Part shown: positions 9,806-20,256 of the stretch, in pieces
Layout: each line of letters opens with the position of its first letter
Numbering within the stretch: position 1 is the first letter of the stretch
Assembly (NCBI GenBank): GCA_033762115.1
Contig: JANRLX010000103.1
Location: 1 to 64,000, forward strand
Source: Verrucomicrobiota bacterium
Lineage (GTDB): Bacteria; Verrucomicrobiota; Verrucomicrobiia; Limisphaerales; SXQI01
Direction: 5' to 3'
Length of the DNA stretch: 64,000 bases
Position numbers and translations under genes: made by a program
The notes under the pieces: model-generated
Databases searched by the model: none
Seen by the model: only the letters and a program-made list of their open reading frames with translations
Told to the model about the DNA's origin: nothing

Positions 9806-10459
9806 ATGGCAGTCAGCCGTTTTAAATTTGAGCGTGAGTTTCTCCAGCAGGGGAAGAGGCGGATTGCCGGTGTGGATGAGGCTGGCCGCGGCCCGCTGGC
9901 GGGGCCGGTGGTCTGTGCGGCGGTGATTTTTCCCACAGGATGGATTCAAAACGGGGTCCCGGGAAAGTTGCGGGGGTTGAATGATTCCAAGCAGTTGTCG
10001 GTGGAGCAACGGGAGGAATTTTTTGCTTTCCTGACCGGGTGCGGGGAGGTGGAGTTCGGCATTTCAATCGTTTCGGTGGAAGTGATCGACAGGATCAATA
10101 TTTTGCAGGCTTCGTTGCGAGGGATGAACGAGGCGGTTACCCAGCTGGCGCTTCAGCCTGACCATACGCTGGTGGATGGGCCGCATATCAGTTCGGCCCG
10201 CCATTCGCAGACGCCGCTGGTGGATGGGGATGCGCGGAGTTATTCCATCGCTGCAGCGAGCGTGCTGGCCAAGGTGACTCGCGACCGGCTGATGGCCCAG
10301 TATGATGTGGAATTTCCCGGCTACGGTTTTGCGGAGCACAAGGGGTATTCGACTCCGCGCCATTTGCAGGCGTTAACGGAACTGGGGCCGTGCGCGATTC
10401 ATCGGCGCTCCTTTGCACCGGTGCGGGGGCAGGAGCCGACACTTTTTCCGCTGCCGTGA
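9806..10459 (+). CDS. rnhB: ribonuclease HII
   Basis: GVDEAGRGPLAGPV, NDSKQL, SIAAASVLAKVTRD, HRRSF. Confidence 0.97.
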   Translation: MAVSRFKFEREFLQQGKRRIAGVDEAGRGPLAGPVVCAAVIFPTGWIQNGVPGKLRGLNDSKQLSVEQREEFFAFLTGCGEVEFGISIVSVEVIDRINILQASLRGMNEAVTQLALQPDHTLVDGPHISSARHSQTPLVDGDARSYSIAAASVLAKVTRDRLMAQYDVEFPGYGFAEHKGYSTPRHLQALTELGPCAIHRRSFAPVRGQEPTLFPLP

Positions 10460-10875
10460 ATTTCAATTTTTTGGAGCGATGGTCGCGGGAGTTGCCGCTT
10501 CATTTGCGAAAGGGAAATTTTGGTGAACGAGCGGCGAAAAAGCATCTTCAGCAGGCAGGATTAAAATTCCTGACGGCAAATTTCAAAAGCAACCGAGGGG
10601 AGATCGACCTGATTTTTCGGGATGGGGAGTGCCTTGTGTTTATCGAGGTGAAAACGCGGAGTTCCGAGGAGTGGTCCCGTCCCGCGGTGGCGGTGGATGG
10701 AAGGAAACGGAGATTGATCGCGCAAACGGCGTTTGATTATTTGCGGCGGTTGAAAGAGCCGAAAGTGCCGTTCCGCTTCGATATTGTGGAGGTGCTGCTG
10801 GCGGAAGGGGTGGTGAGTGAAATCCGCCATTTGCCGAATGCATTCCTGCTTCCGCGCCCGTTCACCGTGGGATGA
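10456..10875 (+). CDS. yraN: YraN family (UPF0102) endonuclease-like protein
   Basis: GE..A, GEIDLI, FIEVKTR, RFDIV; GTG overlaps the rnhB stop. Confidence 0.9.
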   Translation: MNFNFLERWSRELPLHLRKGNFGERAAKKHLQQAGLKFLTANFKSNRGEIDLIFRDGECLVFIEVKTRSSEEWSRPAVAVDGRKRRLIAQTAFDYLRRLKEPKVPFRFDIVEVLLAEGVVSEIRHLPNAFLLPRPFTVG

Positions 10876-10941
10876 AGGAGTGGGCGGAGGGCTGGCAGAA
10901 GTGAACTTGCGGAGGGATGTTTTTTTCTTCAGAGTTTGCAC

Positions 10942-12285
10942 ATGCATTCCAACCGAGGTCAGGGTATTTCCCGTCGTTATTTTTTTGGGGCGTCCGCTTC
11001 GGCGGCTTTGATGGTGGCGATGGGTGGGTGCGCGAGCGCTCCGCGGCGGATTTCGAAAACTGAAAAGCTGAACATCGGGATTGTGGGATCGGGCGGAAGG
11101 GGTGGCAACAATCTGGAGGGGGTGAGCAGCGAGAATATCGTCGCGCTTTGCGATGTGGATGAGGTCACAGGGGCTGGGGCATTTAAAAAATATCCGAATG
11201 CGAAGCGGTATCGCGATTTCCGGGTGATGCTGGAAAGGGAGAAGGGGTTGGATGCAATCGTGGTCAGCACGCCGGACCATACGCACGCGGTGGCGGCGAT
11301 TGCGGGGTTGCGGGCGGGAAAGCATGTGTATTGTGAAAAGCCGCTGGGGCACAGCATCTGGGAAGTGCGAAAGATGAGGGAAGCGGCGGAAAGATCAGGG
11401 CTGGTGACTCAGATGGGGCAGCAGGGGCATGCAACGGAGGGAACGCGGCGTGCCGTGGAGGTGATCCGTTCCGGCGCGATTGGTGATGTGACGGAGTTGC
11501 ATGTGTGGACGGACCGGCCGGCAGGCTGGTGGCCGCAGGGTGAGGAGCGTCCAACGGACAGGCATGAGGTCCCCGCGCATCTGGATTGGGATTTGTGGCT
11601 TGGACCGGCAGCGTATCGTCCATACCACCCGATTTATGTTCCGTTCAAATGGCGTGGAAGATGGGATTTTGGGACGGGCGCGATTGGGGACATGGGGGTG
11701 CACAATCTTGATCCAGCGTTCTGGGCGCTCGAGCTTGGAGAGCCGGTTTCGGCTGAGGTGATTGCCAGTGACCGGATCACGGAGGATTGCCCGCCGCTCT
11801 GGAGCATTATCCAGGTGAATTTTCCGGCGCGGGGAAATCGTTCAGCGGTGAAGATGGTGTTTTACGATGGAAAAAAAGTTCCTCCGGCAGATTTGTTCAT
11901 GGGCGAACAGATTTCTGACAATGGTTCGTTGATCATCGGGAACAAGGGGACGATTTATACCCGGACGTGGCATGGCGGGATGAGCGAGGCGGACATGTTC
12001 CTGCTGCTGCCGAAGAAGGAATTCATTGGTTACGTGCCGCCGATGCCGACGATTCCCCGGACGCAGGGGCATCATGAGGAATTCATCCTTGCGTGCAAGG
12101 GGGGACCACGGACGCAGTCAGATTTCGTGTATGCCTCGCGGTTGACTGAAGCATTGCTGGTGGGGCAACTGGCGTTGCGGACGGGGCAGAAAATTTCCTG
12201 GGATGAAAAACGGATGCGGGCGAATGGTTCGGATAAACTGAACCACCTGATCCGTCCGGAGTTCCGGAAAGGGTGGGAAATTTAG
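10942..12285 (+). CDS. Gfo/Idh/MocA family oxidoreductase, Tat-exported
   Basis: SRRYF twin-arginine motif, GSGGRG, STPDHTH, HVYCEKP, DWDLWLGPA. Confidence 0.92.
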   Translation: MHSNRGQGISRRYFFGASASAALMVAMGGCASAPRRISKTEKLNIGIVGSGGRGGNNLEGVSSENIVALCDVDEVTGAGAFKKYPNAKRYRDFRVMLEREKGLDAIVVSTPDHTHAVAAIAGLRAGKHVYCEKPLGHSIWEVRKMREAAERSGLVTQMGQQGHATEGTRRAVEVIRSGAIGDVTELHVWTDRPAGWWPQGEERPTDRHEVPAHLDWDLWLGPAAYRPYHPIYVPFKWRGRWDFGTGAIGDMGVHNLDPAFWALELGEPVSAEVIASDRITEDCPPLWSIIQVNFPARGNRSAVKMVFYDGKKVPPADLFMGEQISDNGSLIIGNKGTIYTRTWHGGMSEADMFLLLPKKEFIGYVPPMPTIPRTQGHHEEFILACKGGPRTQSDFVYASRLTEALLVGQLALRTGQKISWDEKRMRANGSDKLNHLIRPEFRKGWEI

Positions 12286-12292
12286 AAGTTTT

Positions 12293-13099
12293 TTAAGGTT
12301 CGGAAAATTTTATCCGGGCGGCCCATTGGACCAAGCGGTTGAAAAATTCCATGTTGTCCTGTCCCTTGATGGCCACACCGCCGACGCCCTGCTCGAGGAA
12401 TGCAAAATCGGCAATTGAACCGGCATCGGTAATGATGACGACTCGCCCTTTGCCTGGTTCGGCGATGGCGGCGAGCACTCCCTCGGCATCACGAGTCCCG
12501 GCGATCGGTTTTTGATTCAGGTCATTTTTCACGAGCGGGCGGGGAGCGGCAGGATGGGAGGGATCAAGCAGGAGTGAGTTTCCCGTGTAGTAGGCCCAGC
12601 GCAATCCACCGACGATTGGGACCCCTTTTGGGATGAGCAGTTTTTTGGCGTCGGTCACATTGTTGGTCATTTGAATCCCGAATTTTTCGAGGAGCTGGTT
12701 GGATTTTTCCATTTCGAGATTGTGCCCCTGCGGCTGGTTGCTGAGGAAAATCAAAGCGCCACCCTTTTCGACAAAGCGGGTGATCAACTCGATGTCGGAA
12801 TCGGAGAGGTGGTTCGGTGGAGGATTGGTCCCGGCAGCGGCTGCGCTGAGGTTGACGAGCATGAGCACGCGGGTGGAGTCGAGACTCCCTGAAGAGAGGG
12901 GATCCAGATCGGCCCTGACCGAGAAATGATGATTAAGGTTCGAGAGCACCTGGCTGTAGTTACCATCAGGATGGTACCAGGGTTCGCCGAGGGCATTAAA
13001 ATGGCGATTATAGTAGTAAACGGGTTTGTCAGCGGCGCAGGTGAGTGCTGGAAGGGCGAGGGTGAGCAGCAGGAGGAATGATCTTGAAAGGTGAAGCAT
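12293..13099 (-). CDS. exported protein, GATase-like/DUF4350-like fold
   Basis: signal peptide; FVEKGGALI and GKGRVVIITD...N..FFNRLVQW pattern. Confidence 0.6.
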   Translation of the reverse strand: MLHLSRSFLLLLTLALPALTCAADKPVYYYNRHFNALGEPWYHPDGNYSQVLSNLNHHFSVRADLDPLSSGSLDSTRVLMLVNLSAAAAGTNPPPNHLSDSDIELITRFVEKGGALIFLSNQPQGHNLEMEKSNQLLEKFGIQMTNNVTDAKKLLIPKGVPIVGGLRWAYYTGNSLLLDPSHPAAPRPLVKNDLNQKPIAGTRDAEGVLAAIAEPGKGRVVIITDAGSIADFAFLEQGVGGVAIKGQDNMEFFNRLVQWAARIKFSEP

Positions 13100-13134
13100 C
13101 CCTTTTGAATAACTGAAATGAGGTGAATCGCCAA

Positions 13135-16100
13135 CTATTCAGCGCGAAGGATGACTTCGTCGATCCAGCCATCGAAATTCCCCAACTCGAGAGTGAGCGG
13201 CTGGGCTTTCCAATGGCGCAGTTCCCCGGAGGGTTGTTGATGGAGCAGTTTGCCGTTGATGAAAAGTTTGTAGCCCTGGGAATCGAGGCTGATTTTGAGG
13301 TGGTGCCATTTTTTTGGCGGGAGGGAATCCGTGAGCGCAGAGCCTTTGAGGGCGAACTCGCTGCCGCCGCGCACATGGAGCCCGGCATATTTGTCCTCAA
13401 CCAGTTCAAGCTGGGCGTTCCAATCCTGAGCGAGGGAGAGGATGCGGGCGTGGGAGCGATTGTAAGCGCGGAGTCGATCAATGTAGATCATGGCTTCGAT
13501 GGAGAGGCCTGCTGGATTGGCGAAACGGCTGCTTTGAAAGGTGACCGAAGCGGTGTCGCCAAGATCGCCGAATTTGAGCGCGGCGCCGGAAGGGCGAACC
13601 ATCCAGCCGACGTTGGAAATGTCCAGTTTCGCGCGACCGGAAAGAATGAGGCGGACCTTTCCTTTTTCATCGGCGAGATTTTTGTCGAAGTGGAAAACGA
13701 AATCGGCATGGGTGGATTGTGGGACTGGCTGGTTGAAGAAGGGGTTGGGTTGAATTTCTGATCCGGCGCGGGAGAGGAAACTGCTCATTGCGAAAATGCG
13801 TCGGCCATCCGGGAGCAAGGCTTCCGCCTCGATCCAGTTTTCGCCGGGAGTTTTGGGTTGGAGGAGAAAATTTCGAGAGAGGGCAGGCTCTGCATCGCGG
13901 GCTTCCCAGACGATTTGGGACTTGGAGAGATCGACAGGAGCGTTGAATTCCACAACCGTTTGCAGGCCGGGTTCAACAATTTTGGGAAGTCCGGAAATGG
14001 TTCCGGGGACTGCTCGCCAGGGCTGGGTTTTGAGCGGGGTCTGGGCCATGAGAAAGGCTGTGACGCCGAGACTTCGTGCGAGGTCCATGACAACAAATTC
14101 GGTGGTGGTATTGAAGGTATCCCCCCAGCGGTCATAAAAGGGGTAGGGAGCGGTTTCCGCGCCATCAGGCGGGAAAGGAAGGGATCCGAGTTCCTTTTCG
14201 TAGTGATGCAGGTAGGGAAAGCCGCCCTGCAAATTGCCGAGGGGAATTCCGCTGGGCGGGAGGATGCGGCGGTCATTTTGCGCATATTGGTGGACGATCT
14301 CACGCTGGCGCCTGTAGCCAATCCCGGTGATGAAGGGGAGGTTGAGAGGGTTGCATCCCGCTTCGTAGTTCAGGTTGGCCCAGATGGTGTGGAGATATTC
14401 AGGACGGGGGGTGAGTTGATAAGCGGCGACGAGATCGAAGGCGCGTTCATTGGAAAAGTACCAACCGGCGCTTTTGTTCCGTTTGGCTGGTTCAGGAAAG
14501 CTGGTGCCGTAAGCGCTTTCGCGGGAGAAGCGGACATGATCATCGGCGGCAGCGGCAATTTCCTGTTCACATTTGGCGAGGTAAAGGGGGTTTGGTTTTG
14601 TGGTTGGCAGGCGGCCTCCGCGTTGTGCAAAAGCGTAGGTGCGAATGGCGCAGCCCCACCCTTCGAACAAGCGCCACCAGGTCCAGCGCCTGATCTCGGG
14701 GCTGGAGGGATCCGGGAGCCATTCGATTAATTTTTGTTCGTAAAGAGGATCGCCGGTGGCGGCAAAGAGGGCGGCAGCAAGCCAGGCCAATTCATCATCG
14801 TGCATGAATTGATCGCCGTAATGGGTGAGCTTCTGGTAGGAGCCATCCCTGCCATGTCTGGCAATGGCTTGTTGGAGAAAACGCCAGCCCAGTTCAGCCT
14901 GTTGAAGATATTTTTTGGCGAGTGCAGGAAACTGTTTTTGAAAAAGTGGTGAACTTCCCAGTTCGGCGAGGGCGGCTGAAGCGGCGGCTGTGGCTGCGCT
15001 GTTTTTTGGCCAGACGACCTGGGGATCTCCACGGTCGGGAGTGATGTCGTCTTCATATTTTCGGTCGCGGGGGTAAACAAGAAAGTAGAAGCCACCGTCG
15101 CTGTCCTGCAACGCGGAAAGAAAGCGGGCTTCCCAGAGCGCTTCCTGCAAAAGATCACTGGTGCCATCGCCACTTTCGGGGAGGCCGAGATTATCGAGGG
15201 TGGCGACTCCGGAAAAATGGTCGAGAGCGAAGACGAGATAGTGAAGGAGCCCGGCGCTGTTGATGGTGTATTTGCTGTAGTCGCCTGCGTCATGATGGCC
15301 ACCGGTGAGGTCGAGCCGTCCTTTTTTTTGAAAAGGATAAAGAGCAGCGGCGACATTTTTTAACTGGGGAGCTGTGTGCCGGGGGTTGCTGGAAAAATCA
15401 GAGGTCACCCCGGGCAGGAATTCGTTTATTTTGCCCTCCCCAGCGGTGGGGATTTCAACAGGACGGAGATGGCAGGAATCGTGGAGATGGCGGGTCCAGG
15501 GAAATGCGTTATTTGTGCCGCAACGTTGATGATAAAGGCCGAGAGCATAGGTGCGGGCAAAGAGCGCGGCGGCACCGGGATCGATCAGGAAAGGGAGCGA
15601 CGCTCCGAGACCATCGACCCGGATGCGGTAAATGCCCGGAGTGTTGAAGCTGGTAAATTCGGCTTCGAAAACATTTTGGTAGGGGAGCGGGGAATAGGTG
15701 TAGCCCCGGTCCGGTTTGTGGCGGAGAAAACCGCGAAAATGTTCCCTGCCGGTGAGCGCATCGATGAGGGTGAAATTGGTGGCCGTGATCGGAAGTTCTC
15801 CCAGGCTTCCCAAATAAAAGCCAACAACGGCGACCTTGGGATGGTCGGGGAGATATCCACCCTGGTTGACGTGAATGACAGGGCTCCATCGGAGGGGGTC
15901 GTTGGTGATGGCATGCTTTTGAGGAAGTGGCGTGAGGAGGGTGTGAGAGTCGCTGAATTCGGCGAGAGCGCCCGGCTGGAGCGGTTCCTTGAGAAGGAGA
16001 TAAAGGTCATTGCGAATCCTGAGGTCCCGGTTTTTCAACGGGGCGTAGAGAGGACGGCGCTTGAAGCCAATTTTTTCGATGGGAGCATTGGCGCCGTTGA

Positions 16101-16398
16101 CGCGGAGTTGAAATAAAGCCGGGTCGGGGAGTTTAAGTTCAAAGTTTGGGGAGACAAAATCCCATTGCCTGGGTGGAGCGCCTCCTTTTTCCTGGGTGGA
16201 GATGAAAGAGATTTCCAAAATGGTGGGTGAGAGAAGAGTCAGGGAGTAACTGCCGGGCCGGGGCATGGCGAGCATGTTGGTGGAGAAATAGAACCGTTCG
16301 GTGGCTAAAACGGAAGCTGCCAGGAGAAAATAAAATCCCCAGGCCAGGATCAATGATCCTGTTAGACGGATGCCAAACCCCTTCTTCACTGGGGGCAA
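13135..16398 (-). CDS. glycoside hydrolase family 9 protein with C-terminal LamG-like domain
   Basis: VNQGGY Ig-like region, YHQRCG, GGHHDAGDY catalytic motif, C-terminal WHHL..LFINGK..GWIDEV. Confidence 0.85.
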   Translation of the reverse strand: MPPVKKGFGIRLTGSLILAWGFYFLLAASVLATERFYFSTNMLAMPRPGSYSLTLLSPTILEISFISTQEKGGAPPRQWDFVSPNFELKLPDPALFQLRVNGANAPIEKIGFKRRPLYAPLKNRDLRIRNDLYLLLKEPLQPGALAEFSDSHTLLTPLPQKHAITNDPLRWSPVIHVNQGGYLPDHPKVAVVGFYLGSLGELPITATNFTLIDALTGREHFRGFLRHKPDRGYTYSPLPYQNVFEAEFTSFNTPGIYRIRVDGLGASLPFLIDPGAAALFARTYALGLYHQRCGTNNAFPWTRHLHDSCHLRPVEIPTAGEGKINEFLPGVTSDFSSNPRHTAPQLKNVAAALYPFQKKGRLDLTGGHHDAGDYSKYTINSAGLLHYLVFALDHFSGVATLDNLGLPESGDGTSDLLQEALWEARFLSALQDSDGGFYFLVYPRDRKYEDDITPDRGDPQVVWPKNSAATAAASAALAELGSSPLFQKQFPALAKKYLQQAELGWRFLQQAIARHGRDGSYQKLTHYGDQFMHDDELAWLAAALFAATGDPLYEQKLIEWLPDPSSPEIRRWTWWRLFEGWGCAIRTYAFAQRGGRLPTTKPNPLYLAKCEQEIAAAADDHVRFSRESAYGTSFPEPAKRNKSAGWYFSNERAFDLVAAYQLTPRPEYLHTIWANLNYEAGCNPLNLPFITGIGYRRQREIVHQYAQNDRRILPPSGIPLGNLQGGFPYLHHYEKELGSLPFPPDGAETAPYPFYDRWGDTFNTTTEFVVMDLARSLGVTAFLMAQTPLKTQPWRAVPGTISGLPKIVEPGLQTVVEFNAPVDLSKSQIVWEARDAEPALSRNFLLQPKTPGENWIEAEALLPDGRRIFAMSSFLSRAGSEIQPNPFFNQPVPQSTHADFVFHFDKNLADEKGKVRLILSGRAKLDISNVGWMVRPSGAALKFGDLGDTASVTFQSSRFANPAGLSIEAMIYIDRLRAYNRSHARILSLAQDWNAQLELVEDKYAGLHVRGGSEFALKGSALTDSLPPKKWHHLKISLDSQGYKLFINGKLLHQQPSGELRHWKAQPLTLELGNFDGWIDEVILRAE

Positions 16399-16448
16399 GT
16401 TACCTCATGCGAGAGGGATGGCAATCGGTCAGACCCCTACAATCCCGC

Positions 16449-18275
16449 TTAATGGGAATGGGTGTGTTTCCCGCTGCTTTCGAGATAAGCGAGAAGGTCA
16501 AGGATTTGCTCTTTGGAGAGTGTGCTCAGGAGACCCATTGGCATGAGGGAGGCGTCCTGCGGCTCTTTTTTCGCGATGGAATTTTTGGGGATTTGAGTGA
16601 TCAAGGTATCGGAAGGGCCGCCATGGATGGTGATGCTTTCGTTGTCCTCCTTGACGATCATGCCGCTGTTGCTTTCCCCATCCTTGAGTTCAAGGAGATA
16701 ATTGCGGTAACGCTCTTCGATTTTTTTGGAGGGTTCAAGAATTTCGGACAGGAGAAGGGCGCGGTCCTGGTTGAAACGTTTGAAGACGTCAGTTAGATCG
16801 GGGCCGAAGGCGTAGCCTTCAGCGCCGAATTTGTGGCATTGGATGCAGGCGGTTTTTTCAAACAGTTCCCTGCCATTGGCGATGTTTCGATGTTGGGGGG
16901 ATTTCGCGAGGTCAGGGGTGAAATCTTCCAGTTTCCATTCTGTGATGACCTGCTCTTTAGGTTGATTCTGTTCAAGGTAGGCGTCCACATCCTTGACGAC
17001 AGCCATGATGCCGTTCATGCGTCGCCAGTGGCCGGGATAGGTGCAAACGTATGGATAATCACCAACTTCGGCTGGAGCGGTAAAACTGAGCTTGGCCTGC
17101 TCCTGATGGTTGAGCATGCGGGTGGCGGCAACGACGAGGGGTGAATCGGGAACGTAGAGGCGGCCTTTGGCGTCGGGCTCGGCAGGCATGCGTTCGGCGA
17201 GGGAGCCGATTTCCTCAAGGGCGCCCGGTTTCACGAGCACGAGGTTATGCTGCATGATGTCTGTGTTCTCGAGGATGATTTCCACCGGTTTCCCGGCTTC
17301 CACCACGATGAGATTTTTATCATAGAGCATTTGTTCATGGAGTGTGCGGATGACGATGACCTGGACACCGAGCTGGCGGATCTGGCGATTGATGGCGGTG
17401 GCGTTTTCCTTTGGGAGAAGTGATGCGAGATCACCGATAAAGCGCATGGTGGCGAGGTACTGGTCGGAGGTGCGGTCATTGGCGGGGACGGTAGACTGGG
17501 ATTGGAGCAGTTCGGCAGCAAGGGTGGAAAGATTCTCCCTTGGCCATCCGGCTTTGGGGAACCGTTGCCAGGAAGCGATGGATTCCTGGCGAGTGGCGGG
17601 GTTTTTGATGAAGGTGGCGAGGAGGTTGAAAAGAGCCGGACCAGGTTCCAGAAAGCCAATGGCCTGAATGGCGGCCATTTTCAAATTTTCATTGCTGCCG
17701 CTGGCGGCTTCGAGTGCAAGGGGGGTGAATGCCTTGCGAATTTCAATCGCTGGAATCAACGGGATGGCCCGGAGCAGGTCAATCTTTTGCTCGGGAGAGG
17801 CAGCGTCCTTGAGGATTTGTTCCGGGCCGCTGGCGAGGGTGAGAGCGGCCCAGCCGATCTGCCGTGCGAGGGGGAGTTGCCCTTCCTGCCTGAGTTTTTC
17901 GAGGGCGGGGCGGTTTGCGGGAAGGTCCCTGGGAAAGAGTTCAAAGAGGAGCGGGGCCAGTTCCTTGAGGAGGGGCAGATTTTCCTCATTACCGTCGAGG
18001 CCCTGGAATTTTTCGATGAGAGCGGCAGCAGGAGATATTTTGCGGGAATCGGCCATTGCCTGGAGCGCTTCGATGCGGTACTTGCGTTCCATGCCGGGAC
18101 GCTCGAGGAGAGCGGTATAGACCGGGGCGCTGCGGGGTGCGGCAGCCAGTTCCTGATTGGAAAGGCGTTTGAGCATGTAAGCTGCGGCCACGGGGTTTGA
18201 GGGCAGGTAAAATTTTTTCTCTTCCTGTGCCTTCAACCCGACGACAACCAGCAACGCCAACAACAAGACTCTCAT
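16449..18275 (-). CDS. HEAT-repeat / azurin-like copper domain / cytochrome c protein (PVC-type heme-binding)
   Basis: signal peptide; HNLVL and CTYPGHWRRM type-1 Cu ligands; CIQCH heme motif, GPDLT, SLMP. Confidence 0.85.
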   Translation of the reverse strand: MRVLLLALLVVVGLKAQEEKKFYLPSNPVAAAYMLKRLSNQELAAAPRSAPVYTALLERPGMERKYRIEALQAMADSRKISPAAALIEKFQGLDGNEENLPLLKELAPLLFELFPRDLPANRPALEKLRQEGQLPLARQIGWAALTLASGPEQILKDAASPEQKIDLLRAIPLIPAIEIRKAFTPLALEAASGSNENLKMAAIQAIGFLEPGPALFNLLATFIKNPATRQESIASWQRFPKAGWPRENLSTLAAELLQSQSTVPANDRTSDQYLATMRFIGDLASLLPKENATAINRQIRQLGVQVIVIRTLHEQMLYDKNLIVVEAGKPVEIILENTDIMQHNLVLVKPGALEEIGSLAERMPAEPDAKGRLYVPDSPLVVAATRMLNHQEQAKLSFTAPAEVGDYPYVCTYPGHWRRMNGIMAVVKDVDAYLEQNQPKEQVITEWKLEDFTPDLAKSPQHRNIANGRELFEKTACIQCHKFGAEGYAFGPDLTDVFKRFNQDRALLLSEILEPSKKIEERYRNYLLELKDGESNSGMIVKEDNESITIHGGPSDTLITQIPKNSIAKKEPQDASLMPMGLLSTLSKEQILDLLAYLESSGKHTHSH

Positions 18276-18326
18276 TCGGAACAGGATAGGATTTTTTGCC
18301 TTGTTTTCAACCCAAAGCGCTGTCGC

Positions 18327-18353
18327 TTCAGGATTTGAGGAAAAAGCCGATAG
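18327..18353 (+). promoter_or_regulatory. possible sigma-28-type promoter of the hybrid kinase gene
   Basis: GCCGATAG -10 at 18346-18353; weak -35 (TTCA) 15 nt upstream. Confidence 0.35.
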
Positions 18354-18365
18354 TTATTTTGCTTA

Positions 18366-20246
18366 ATGATATCCATCGATAATGATCAAACAGATGCCCT
18401 GGAAGGGGGCCTGTTTCAGGCGTTTATGGATAATACGCCAGCGGTGGGGTTCCTGAAAAGGGATGATGGGCGTTATGTTTACGTCAATCGCACGCTGCAG
18501 GAGGTTTACGAGCTTTCCGCGGAACAGGTGCTGGGCAGGACTGACGCCGAGTTGCTCCCGCTTGAGATCGCCCGAACGCTCCGGGAGCATGATCTTGAAG
18601 TCCTGAATTCCGGTGAAGTTCGTCGCGCCCTGGAGGAGATTCCTGACAGCGAGGGGCGCTTGCGGCAATGGATGGTGGTGAAATTTCCGTTCAAGGACCG
18701 TTTTGGGTCACGATATGTGGGGGGACTTGCGCTGGAAGCCACGGAACAGTTCCAAATCCAACGCTGCCTGCGGGAGAGCGAGGAGCGGTTTCAGAAGTTG
18801 ATTGAAACTTCCGCGCTGGCAATTGCGGTTTTATCCGGAGAGGGAAAAATTTCCTACGCGAACAGTTCCTTTCTCCAGGTTTTCCGGCATGGAGCGGAAA
18901 GCGTTCTTGGGAAAACATGGCTGGATTTCATCGCACCGAATCAGCGGGGGCGGGTTGAATCGCGGATTGAAGAACGCGCGAGGGGTGAAGAGGTGAATGG
19001 ATCGTACGATACGATTGGATTTCGAGGGGATGGAACGGAGTTTCCATTTCATGTGCAGGAGTCCAGCCTCACGCTTCGTGAAGGCAGGTCCACCGTGGCG
19101 TTCATCACGGATTTAACGGAGCGGGTTGCGCTGGAAGAACAGGTGCGGCATTCGCAAAAGATGGAATCGATTGGTCGTCTGGCCGGTGGGATTGCCCATG
19201 ACCTGAATAATATACTTTCGATCATCAGCGGGAATGTTCAATTGCTGAAGCTGGGAAAAGGAATCTCCTGTGACCCGGCTGACTTGATCGAGGAGATTGA
19301 GGAAGCGACCAAGCGCGCGGCGGGATTGACCCGCCAATTGCTGACTTTCAGCCGGAAACAACCGGCAGTGTTCACCCGGGTGGATTTAAATGAAGCGGTC
19401 CTTTCCGCGAGCCGACTGATGATGCGGCTGCTGGGAGAGGAGATCCTGCTGGAGCATCGACTTTCAGCGACGTCGCTCTGGGTGAACGCGGACAAAGGAA
19501 TGATTGACCAGATTATGATGAACTTGCTTTTAAACGCTCGTGACGGGATGAACGGGGTGGGGACGATCAGGATTGATACGCGCCTAGAGGAACGAGGGGA
19601 TGAGCAACGGGCGATCGTGTCGATCAGCGATACAGGAGTGGGAATTCCGCCGGAAAACCTGCCGCGAATTTTTGAGCCATTTTTTACGACCAAACCGGTG
19701 GGGGAAGGGACTGGCCTGGGGCTGGCGACAGTTTACGGGATTGTGCAGCAGCATGAGGGGACGATCCAGGTGGAAAGCGCCCCGGGTGAGGGGGCCACTT
19801 TCACGATTGATCTGCCGATCTGTCCGGAGAAGGGCACGGAGCCGAAGGGTTATCTGAATTCCCGATCAGCCAAGGGGACGGTGTTGATTGCGGAGGATGA
19901 GGCGAGCCTGCGAAAGCTTTGCAGCCGGTTGCTGGAGAATGCGGGGTACAAGGTGTTGCTCGCGGAAGATGGCCTGGAAGCGGTGCGGATCTGGTCGGAA
20001 AAAAAGGAGAGCATCCACCTGCTGCTGACGGACATGATCATGCCGGGAGGGATTACCGGTGCTGAATTGTATCAGCGGGTGTCTGAAGACAAACCGAAGT
20101 TGCCTGTGATCTTTATGAGCGGTTATTCAGCGGAAGCAGGCGGACAGATTCCGCAACTGTCACACGCGATGTTTCTTTCAAAGCCATTCGATTTTTCCCA
20201 TCTGATCGCGTCTGTTGAATCGCTGATGCAGAAGTTTAAATGCTGA
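18366..20246 (+). CDS. PAS-PAS hybrid histidine kinase with receiver domain
   Basis: [12 protein letters not shown]-box, [24 protein letters not shown]-terminal REC (LLTDMIMP). Confidence 0.93.
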   Translation: MISIDNDQTDALEGGLFQAFMDNTPAVGFLKRDDGRYVYVNRTLQEVYELSAEQVLGRTDAELLPLEIARTLREHDLEVLNSGEVRRALEEIPDSEGRLRQWMVVKFPFKDRFGSRYVGGLALEATEQFQIQRCLRESEERFQKLIETSALAIAVLSGEGKISYANSSFLQVFRHGAESVLGKTWLDFIAPNQRGRVESRIEERARGEEVNGSYDTIGFRGDGTEFPFHVQESSLTLREGRSTVAFITDLTERVALEEQVRHSQKMESIGRLAGGIAHDLNNILSIISGNVQLLKLGKGISCDPADLIEEIEEATKRAAGLTRQLLTFSRKQPAVFTRVDLNEAVLSASRLMMRLLGEEILLEHRLSATSLWVNADKGMIDQIMMNLLLNARDGMNGVGTIRIDTRLEERGDEQRAIVSISDTGVGIPPENLPRIFEPFFTTKPVGEGTGLGLATVYGIVQQHEGTIQVESAPGEGATFTIDLPICPEKGTEPKGYLNSRSAKGTVLIAEDEASLRKLCSRLLENAGYKVLLAEDGLEAVRIWSEKKESIHLLLTDMIMPGGITGAELYQRVSEDKPKLPVIFMSGYSAEAGGQIPQLSHAMFLSKPFDFSHLIASVESLMQKFKC

Positions 20247-20256
20247 CGCGGCTCCT

